Source: Octopus vulgaris (lineage: Eukaryota). Taken from it: a stretch of DNA of 64,000 bases. The DNA is taken from assembly GCA_951406725.2 (NCBI GenBank), contig OX597830.1:64294001-64358000 (forward strand), written 5' to 3'. The number at the start of each line of letters is the position of its first letter. Within the stretch, counting starts at the first letter, position 1. The notes under the pieces are model-generated. The model saw only the letters and a list, made by a program, of their open reading frames with translations. It did not search any database and was not told where the DNA came from. A program made the translations under genes and the position numbers. Shown here piece after piece: positions 54,521 to 64,000 of the stretch.

Positions 54521-54588
<68 letters not shown>

Positions 54589-54811
54589 ATACATACATAC
54601 ACACGCATACACTCATCTATGAATGGCTAGTGTGTGTATGAGCGTGTGAATATTGTCACTAGAGTACATGCTACTCCAGCGTTCGGTACCTTTCCCCCGA
54701 CTCCACCCACAATCCATCTATTATTTAGTGTCGACGTTGTTTCGAAGATTTATCGCATTTACTATGACTGCATTGCGTGCTGTCGAGGGTGCATATATTT
54801 TAGGTTCTCAA

Positions 54812-54845
<34 letters not shown>

Positions 54846-55098
54846 ACATACAGCCACTGACACACATACACATCCACGCATACTGACCGCCCTCCCTCCG
54901 ACCTACCCACACGCAAACAGACAAGCTCTGTACACGCACATACACACAAACGCATATACACATAGGCACACGTTAATTACATTGACACAGACCTCACAAC
55001 ACATAACTTATATATTTAATTAAAATACTTATCGCCCGTGTATGCTCCACTCCCAAACAGAAACTGGTTAACATATGTTAAAATATATTAAAATACAT

Positions 55099-55473
55099 CA
55101 GGCGTGGGAGTGGCTGTATGGTAATTAGCTTGCTTTCTAACCACATGGTTCCGGGTTCAGTCCGTGGCACCTTGGGCAAGTGTCTTCTACTATAGCCTCG
55201 GGCCAGTGGATTTGGTAGATGGAAACTGAAAGAAGCCCGTCGTATATATGTGTGTGTATATGTTTGTGTGTCTGTGTTTGTCCCCCCCCCAACATCGCTT
55301 GACAACCGATGCTAGTGTGTTTACGTCCCCGTAGCCTAGCGGTTTGGCCAAAGAGACTGATAGAATAAGTACTAGGCTTACAAAGAATAAGTCCTGGGGT
55401 CGATTTGCTCGAGTAAAGGCAGTGCTCCAGCATGGCCACAGTCAAATGACTGAAACAAGTAAAAGAGTAAAAG
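55099..55473 (+). mobile_element. SINE-C, full length with small deletions
   Basis: aggcgtgggagtggctgtatggtaa...gctccagcatggccacagtcaaatgactgaaacaagtaaaagagtaaaaga. Confidence 0.9.
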
Positions 55474-55916
55474 AATAATGAGATAAATATATAGAAAGAA
55501 TGAATGATAAATACGTACATTACACACAGAGAACACACACAAACACACATAATCAAAGGTGCTGAATCGACGTACTCCGACGAAGAACTATGGTCGAAAC
55601 GTCAAATTCTCTCTTTTTCACCGAGCGTCACGCTTATACATTCTTTGCGCACGTCCTCTGGTTGTCCGTAAATTGTATCCGTTTATTTGAATTTACTGCT
55701 CACACATATAATCCAAATATGAAGGCAAAGAAAGACTTTAACACGTCTTTAATGATCAGTCACAGTTGTTTTTGTACCAACTCTGATTTCGACACCAGTT
55801 CACGCCAAAGTTCTGAGTGAGTATTTACGTAATATTTGCGGTTTTAACATTGAAGTGGCACTTCCTTGCCTACATCAAAGGTACGTTCTCTCTCTCTATA
55901 TATATGTATGTATGTA

Positions 55917-55950
<34 letters not shown>

Positions 55951-55974
55951 ATTATGCAAGTATGTATCTCTTTT

Positions 55975-56188
55975 TCTCTCTTTTACTTGTTTCAGTCATT
56001 TGACTGCAGCCATGCTGGAGCACCGCCTTTAATCGAGCAACTCGACCCCGGGACTTATTCTTTTGTAAGCCCAGTACTCATTCTATCGGTCTCTTTTGCC
56101 GAACCGCTAAGTAACGGGGACATAAACACACCAGCATCGGTTGTCAAGCAATGCTAGGGGGACAAACACAGACACACAAACATACACA

Positions 56189-56228
<40 letters not shown>

Positions 56229-56390
56229 ACGGGCTTCTTTCAGTTTCCGTCTACCAAATCAACTCACAAGGCTTTGGTCGGCCCGAGGCTATAGTAGAAG
56301 ACACTTGCCCAAGGTGCCACACAGTAGGACTGAACCCGGAACCATGTGGTTGGTAAACAAGCTACTTACCACACAGCCACTCGTGCGCCT
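55975..56390 (-). mobile_element. SINE-C, full length
   Basis: Colinear with 10661-11081. Confidence 0.9.
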
Positions 56391-56638
56391 GTATGTATCT
56401 ATATAACAATTAGCCATTCAACATCAGAACACTGTTCACTGAAACATTTATTTGACGTCAAATGTTTCGTCGCACCAACAGTCACCTGGTCAGGATCTCA
56501 TATAAAATTTCTTGTGTATTAAGTACATCACTGAAATGTATGTTTTTTTTTTTTTACTAAGACTGGACCAGATATTTACAGTAAACTTCCAGCGATAACA
56601 CGAATTTTGAGGAGAGAAAGAGATAGAGATAGAGATAG

Positions 56639-56702
<64 letters not shown>

Positions 56703-57084
56703 GGAGGGAGAGAGGGGTCACCAAAGCGTCACTACGAAGAGCAGTCAGCCAAGAGGATTGAATATAAAGCAGCCAGAAGTTTTGACGACAAACGAAGTGA
56801 GAACGATTATTTAAGACTGAAATAACTGTGTTTTACCAACGTTGTGAAAATGCTTATTGAGTGTGCTTCTACACTCGAAGGATAGACACGAAGTGAGAAA
56901 AATCGAAACAACAATACATGCATACAGGGAGTTCGGGATAACTTTGACAATTATTTTATGTCTCCTTTTTTCAAGAATAGCTTGATGTATTGGTGAATAG
57001 TCAACGGCGTTGGAGGGCATAGAGATTAAAGTTGTTATTGAGAAAAAATTACCCGACATGGAGGACCGGAAGCTATTTGAATAT

Positions 57085-57483
57085 TTGTTTCAGTCATGTG
57101 AGTGTCGCCATGTTGGAGCACCGCCTTTAGTCGAGCAAATCGATCCCAGGACTTATTATTTGTAAGCCTAGTACTTATTCTATCGATCTCTTTTGCCGAA
57201 CCGCTAAGTTACGGGGACGTAAACACACCAGCATCGGTTGTCAAGCGATGTTGGGGGGACAAACACAGATACACAAACATATACACACACATACACACAC
57301 ATATCTATATACATACATACGACGGGCTTCTTTCAGTTTCCGTCTACCAAATCCACTCACAAGGGTTTGGTCGGCCAAAGGCTATAGTAGCAGACACTTG
57401 CCCAAGGTACCACGCAATGGGACTGAACCCGGGACCATGTGGTTCGTAAGCAAGCTACTTACCCCACAGCCACTCCTAAGCCT
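57085..57483 (-). mobile_element. SINE-C, full length
   Basis: Colinear with 10661-11081. Confidence 0.9.
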
Positions 57484-57489
57484 ATATTG

Positions 57490-58125
57490 GAAAAAGAAAA
57501 GTTACATGAAGCCCGATGATTCGCGACAGGTATGAAAACGCAGACATCGTAGCTGGAGCTTAATGCTCTGTGGGCCCTATAAAAGAGCATTGCAAAGTGA
57601 CATGGACAGCTGCCGCAGAGACCACGAAGCCGTGGCCAGCAGAAAAGGACACAGTAAGCGTTCTGACTGCGTCCACATGCCAGTTTTCATCCAACGACTT
57701 TGAACATGGGATTAAGCTCAATTGGGACGGCTATATAAAGCTGCTGGAGACTGTGGTCAAATCCTTGTTGGAGAGGGTTGCTTCTGGATGGCTACATGTA
57801 TGGCAGCAGGATTCGGCTCCTTGCCATACGTCCGAAAAGAGTCAGCGGTGGTTGTCGGAGAATTTCTACGACTTCACTAACCCCTATTTATAGCCTTCTG
57901 ATTTTTCCGGATTGTAATCTTATGGGTTACTATATGTGGGGCGCGGTTGAGAAAGACATCAACCACTCTACCTGCAACATCAAGGCCGAACTGGTGGCCA
58001 AGACCAAGAATGTGTTCAAAGACCTTCCCAAGGATACAATGAAAAACGCATGTGCAATATTCCGGAGCCGTCTTGAGGTCGTGGTGGTAGCTGGTGGTGG
58101 TGGTGGGGAAGTTACTTAGAGTAAA
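57490..58125 (+). pseudogene. Decayed Tc1/mariner-superfamily transposase fragment (DD37D/maT-like)
   Basis: GIKLNWDGYIKLLETVVK..VWQQDSAPCHTSEKSQRWLSENF..[W]P..PDCNLMGYYMWGAVEK..NACAIFRSRLEVVV.AGG, with a stop and a frameshift. Confidence 0.8.
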
Positions 58126-58226
58126 CTGCTTTACTATATAAAGGATCACCAACTGCCTACCCGGAGTAATTCCTGGCGGCACGTGCCTGATATATATATA
58201 TATATATATCAGGCACGTGCCGTCAG

Positions 58227-58274
<48 letters not shown>

Positions 58275-58918
58275 TGTTTTCATAAGAATTTATAAACTTA
58301 CGACAAAACGTAAAATACTTCTGTTTTGGAACTGGTTCTCGAAGTATATATAAAGCAATAAATAATAGCGTCTAATTATTAGGTTGTAAAAAACCCTTTT
58401 GGAAAAATAAAATAATGTTTACTAACTGGAATCTTGAAGCAGTATTCAATTTGACATGAGTGTTGTGTAATATCTAATTTCTTCACACATGTCCTTCCGT
58501 ACATTTATACTTACCCTTCTCTTTTCCTTGAAAACTGTGGGCGAAGGAGGGTTCGCACATTCCTGGAATCCATTCAGAGATTGGATGGCTTTAAAACAGA
58601 GAAATGCGAGTGTGCATCGTTGCGTTTGCTTCTCAAAATATTGTAAATCTAGATTTCTCCTCATTCTTTGCAAATAGAGAGATTGTTTTGATTATATTAA
58701 TTTCCGAAAACATATATTTATGCACAAATGAAATGATACAGTAATTAATACGGAAGCCCACTTTGGGTTTACTCCCAGTGCGTGGCATCTTCGATAAGTG
58801 ACTTCTACTAAAGGCCCTGTTCGACCAAAATCTTGTCAGAAAACTTGGTAGAAGGAAACTGTGCGGAAGCCCATCGTGTATACACACACACACATACACA
58901 CACACATAATTTTATATA

Positions 58919-59136
58919 CAGTAACCCCTCGTCATATTGCGGTTCATCTATCGCGGTTTAACATTTAAGCTTACATCGATTCCTCTGTGGTGTTGTTTTG
59001 TATTTACAATAAAATAAACATACACAAATTATAAAAATAATGAAAAAAAAATATACAGTACTGATTTTACTTCGCGGATTTTCACCTATCGCGGGGTTTC
59101 TGGAATGTAACACATGCGATAGTCGCGGGATTACTG
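58919..59136. mobile_element. Tc1/pogo-type MITE with TA target duplication
   Basis: TA|cagtaacccctcg ... cgcgggattactg|TA. Homologous to 21308-21523. Confidence 0.8.
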
Positions 59137-59159
59137 TATACTTATACACACTCTTTTAT

Positions 59160-59557
59160 TCTTTACTCTTTTACTCTTTTACCTGTTTCAGTCATTTGAC
59201 TGCGGCCATGCTGGAGCACCGCCTTTAGTCGAGAAAATCGACCCCAGGACTTATTCTTTGTAAGCCCAGTACTTATTCTATCGGTCTCTTTTGCCGAACC
59301 GCTAAGTGACGGGACGTAAACACACCAGCATCGGTTGTCAATCAATGCTAGGGGGACAAACACACACACACATATATATATATATATACATATATACGAC
59401 AGGCTTCTTTCAGTTTCCGTCTACCAAATCAACTCACAAGGCATTGGTCGGCCCGGGGCTATAGCAGAAGACACTTGCCCAAGATGCCACGCAGTGGGAC
59501 TGAACCCAGAACCATGTGGTTGGTAAGCAAGCTACTTACCACACAGCCACTCCTGCA
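59160..59557 (-). mobile_element. SINE-C, full length
   Basis: Colinear with 10661-11081. Confidence 0.9.
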
Positions 59558-59921
59558 CACAAGTATATAAATATATAATCTTTCGCTGAGGCATTGCGCG
59601 ACTAATAACCTCGGGTGGAACTCAATATCCATGCTTCAGAATGAAGAATTAGTCGAATACAGAGGATGGAATGACAAAGGAATAAGCGATTATCGCATGA
59701 ACTTCCTAAACTTAAAGCTGTTTATGCTATAACAAGCAGTGGACTTGCAATTTAGTGCCTGAGAAACGGCGTTTAGCTTCATCGGGGCCTCGATTATGAA
59801 ATGCAATTTCTATTCGAGGCTCTGATGAACCTGTAAGTTGTTACTTAAGCCCTCAACTATGAAACCACTGCATTTATAGCAGAAACAGCTACATGCTGGT
59901 GAATTTGATAAGATACTCATT

Positions 59922-59961
59922 TTGTATATATTTATATATATATACACAAACACATACACAT

Positions 59962-59994
<33 letters not shown>

Positions 59995-60005
59995 CATATA
60001 TATAC

Positions 60006-60036
<31 letters not shown>

Positions 60037-60043
60037 TATATAC

Positions 60044-60090
<47 letters not shown>

Positions 60091-60209
60091 CATATATATA
60101 CATATATATAAATATATATATATATACATACACACATATATATATACATATATATACACATATATATACATATATATACATATATATATACATATATACA
60201 TATATACAT

Positions 60210-60254
<45 letters not shown>

Positions 60255-60298
60255 TATATATACATATAATATATATATACAAATATATATATATATAC

Positions 60299-60389
<91 letters not shown>
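59922..60389. repeat. Long imperfect (TA)n/(CA) array (representative; similar arrays throughout)
   Basis: Directly visible. Confidence 0.97.
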
Positions 60390-60390
<1 letters not shown>

Positions 60391-60675
60391 GGTGGCTGCC
60401 CCCCTCGTTATCGAGTATGGCCATTGCACGAAGATTAATCAATGTTGTTATCGTGCAATGCCTGTGCAATAAGTTTTTTTAAGTGAGGAAAGGCTGTGCA
60501 CTGAGTCAATCCCACTCACTAAGCAACAGCAACCATAATCCGAAAAGAAGAACAAGTCAACATCATCGGTAACCACTGAGACGCAGATTTATGTCGGAGT
60601 TATCCCAGTTACCTGAGTTACCTTCTCCTAGAAGGATGCCCTAACAAAGGCTAGGAGTCTTTCACTCTTATTTTG
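60390..60675 (-). mobile_element. Fragment resembling an RTE-type retroelement untranslated region
   Basis: Minus strand ctagcctttgttagggcatccttctaggagaaggtaactc resembles a motif recalled from RTE-type 5' UTRs. 10-bp hairpin cattgcacga/tcgtgcaatg at 60422-60460. Flanked by TA repeats. Confidence 0.4.
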
Positions 60676-60711
60676 ATATATATACATACACACACACACA
60701 CACATATATAT

Positions 60712-60744
<33 letters not shown>

Positions 60745-60755
60745 CATACACATAC

Positions 60756-60831
<76 letters not shown>

Positions 60832-60868
60832 GGAGCGGGAGATAGATAGATAGATAGACAGATAGATA

Positions 60869-60913
<45 letters not shown>

Positions 60914-60915
<2 letters not shown>

Positions 60916-61966
60916 ATATGAAGGTCAGTTCGGAAACAGAGTGCTATGACCCACTTTAGTGAGTTGGCGTCAAGCAGACGACTAAAAACTTTTGTCCTGT
61001 CGGTTTCTGGGGAAATTTATGTAGTCGGAAGAGACCTTTGGCCCTGTTCCGGTCAGGGAAAGTTCGAGAAACCACCCCTTAAAATGTGACGCGCTGTGAG
61101 CTTGTGGGCAGTCAGTCAGTCAGTCGGAAACAGAGCGAGTTGGCAATAGGTAGTTCTGCCTGAGATGGCAACGGGGCAGTTTTGGCCAAGGACAGCAGTG
61201 ATACGGACGGTCAGCAAAGAAGGTGGCGATGGCGAGGGGCAACTACATCGTTGAGAAAGACAGACAGACAGTGAGAGGATGAGAGGTTGAGAAAGACATA
61301 CACAGTGGATTGAGAGCGAAAGAGGGATTACGGCAGATAGAAGGCATGGCTATTATAGTAGGAGTTGAAACGGTATGTGTTGTTTATGTTTTGATGTGAA
61401 ATGTAAAAGAAAGAATTGTGACGTAAATTGTAATCTGTGATGAGGAGGAAAAAGAATTGTTGAACTAAAAAAGAATTGATGTGTTAAAAAAAAGGAGAAA
61501 GAACTGTGAATTAAGGAAAAGAGGAAGAAAAGAAATGAGTTGTTGAAAAAAAAGAAAGAGAAAGACTTTAATGTATTGAGTTGAACTGTTCTGATTTGTC
61601 TCTGAACTGTATGGTGAATTGAAGTGATTTGAACATTGAACTGCATCATGCATGCCTTTGATTTTGTTGTATGTTATTTTCTTTGATGTATCTGATATAT
61701 TTTACATGGTATTTGATGTTGTAATGATCGTTATAAACTGTTTTTAAATGTAAGCCAATTGCCTTCCGCCGTCTCTCTGTGTCTCTTCCTCCTGTTGTTG
61801 TTGTTGTTCTCTCCGGTCGCCGGTTCGAGTAGGCTGCTATTCCCCCACCGGGTCCTCTCTCTGTGTGGCGAATTTCCCGTTCGACTGGGCCGGTCGATCG
61901 TCGTCGCTCGACTTGGTAGGGTCCCGGGTTCCGAAAGGTTTGAGCGACGGCAGGTGGTACGTAACA
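60914..61966 (-). mobile_element. Solo LTR (about 1.05 kb, Gypsy-like ends) inserted in (TA)n
   Basis: TG...CA termini (minus strand TGTTACG...CATATCA), ATAT on both flanks, GC-rich non-coding interior, no internal gag/pol. Confidence 0.6.
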
Positions 61967-61982
61967 ATATATATATAGAAAT

Positions 61983-62069
<87 letters not shown>

Positions 62070-62661
62070 TGACGGGCTTCTACACAGCTTCCGTCCACCA
62101 AATTTACACACAAGGCATTGAACAGTCCGGGGCTACTGTAAACCACACGTACCCAATGCATCGTTCAGTGGGAAATTTGCCCACTATTCTTAGCAAATGA
62201 ACTGACCACATAGCAGCTTCATTGTTGCCGCATGATTCGGGTTTTGATAAGCTTTCTTTGTTCGCGCGAGTAGAATATGGGCGAAACGTATGCTGAAATT
62301 TAATTAATGTTGAATCAATCATGTTTGGTTTGTCCAAAGCAATTTTCTCAGCTTTGACTTTTTTTTCAGATCTTATTTCCCTTGTTCTCTTACTGATGTC
62401 CCTGGAGTCAATTGGAACTTTAGTTGCACAAATTTTGCAAAACAATTTTATTCATAAATTCTCTACGTTTTTAAGAATTTCTTTCCGTTTTTCTTTTGTG
62501 AAAGCTAAGTTGATTTCAGATAAAGATACTCTCTTACGTAGTTCACTTTGAGTTGTATCGTCAAGAGGCTGGCTAGGATTTCAGCTGATAGCTTCAGAAT
62601 ACAAAGGCACGCACACATTTTCACATACATACATACATACATACATACATACATACATACA

Positions 62662-62693
<32 letters not shown>

Positions 62694-62915
62694 CACAGGC
62701 ACACACACATATATAAATATATATATACACACATATACATTTATATATATATATATACTTACATATATACATACATATAAATATATATACATTTATATGC
62801 ATATATACATTTATGCATAAATACATGTGTGTGTGTATGTATATACAGGCAGAGGCGGTGCTCCAGCATGGCTACAGTCAAACTGGCTGAAACAAATAAG
62901 AGAATAAAAGAATAT

Positions 62916-62957
<42 letters not shown>

Positions 62958-63059
62958 AGAGAGAGAAGAGAGAGAGAGATGCGCGCACATGCATGCACAT
63001 ACATATGCATATATATAAAACTACATATATATATATATATTCATATAGTATATATAATG

Positions 63060-63091
<32 letters not shown>

Positions 63092-63157
63092 CATGCGTAT
63101 GTGATTATATTTATATTTGCATTTATATTTATCTATATGTAAATACATAAACAATCA

Positions 63158-63211
<54 letters not shown>

Positions 63212-63609
63212 GGGATGTATGTACTTTTGACGCTCACACATATCTATGTTTCATGTCATATCATATAATATGATATCATACGTTATATTATATACAGAAG
63301 CTAAAAGACAGCATTCCTCTGAAATTCTCGTTCCCGATATCTGACGATAGTGAAAATTGGAACGTAATGCAAAGTAAAGATTTGATTGGATAATGTAATT
63401 GATGCAAAAAGAATATTAAAGCAGACGCTATACAAAGTAAAATAGAAATATTATCAACTAAAGAATATAAAGAATTAAATAATGAGTGTCCATGCGATTT
63501 ATCTGCCAGAGAAAAGAAGAAAGGAGAGAAAAAATTGGAAGAGGAACTTGTGTGGAGAGGAATTGCTAAAAATATGGGTACTGGCGAAGAAATGGGATAA
63601 AATCATATA

Positions 63610-64000
<391 letters not shown>

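Noticed and set aside
62220-62600. Lysine-rich ORF fragments on the minus strand
   Set aside because: Interrupted by stops, with no recognisable domain.

Overview
AT-rich, extremely microsatellite-dense eukaryotic DNA whose repeat content suggests a coleoid cephalopod (octopus-like; this is an inference). No intact protein-coding gene is supportable, and almost all long ORFs in the track are translated (TA)n/(CA)n/(TATC)n/(TAA)n/(CATA)n repeats. The window is a nested mosaic of mobile elements. Retroelements: three abundant tRNA-headed SINE families (here A, B, C); decayed CR1-type LINEs; R4/Dong-type restriction-endonuclease LINE ends sitting in (TAA)n; an L1/Tx1-type 3' end always sitting in (TATC)n; and a solo LTR. 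DNA elements: a mariner, a DD37D/maT-type and a hAT transposase pseudogene, MITEs and Helitron-like pieces. The most interesting object is a composite element present twice (216-515 and 29279-30225). It has a tRNA-derived Pol III head, an (AAT)n spacer and a Penelope-type tail carrying a minimal hammerhead ribozyme, and is inserted with an inverted copy of its own 3' end and 10-12 bp target duplications. It is a candidate Penelope-mobilised, ribozyme-bearing SINE. Also notable: a 3' motif shared between SINE-C and two CR1 families, a locally amplified unexplained conserved unit (4 copies, 26-39 kb), and weak minus-strand exon candidates at 15-24 kb. Coordinates were read by eye and element ends may be off by a few bases.
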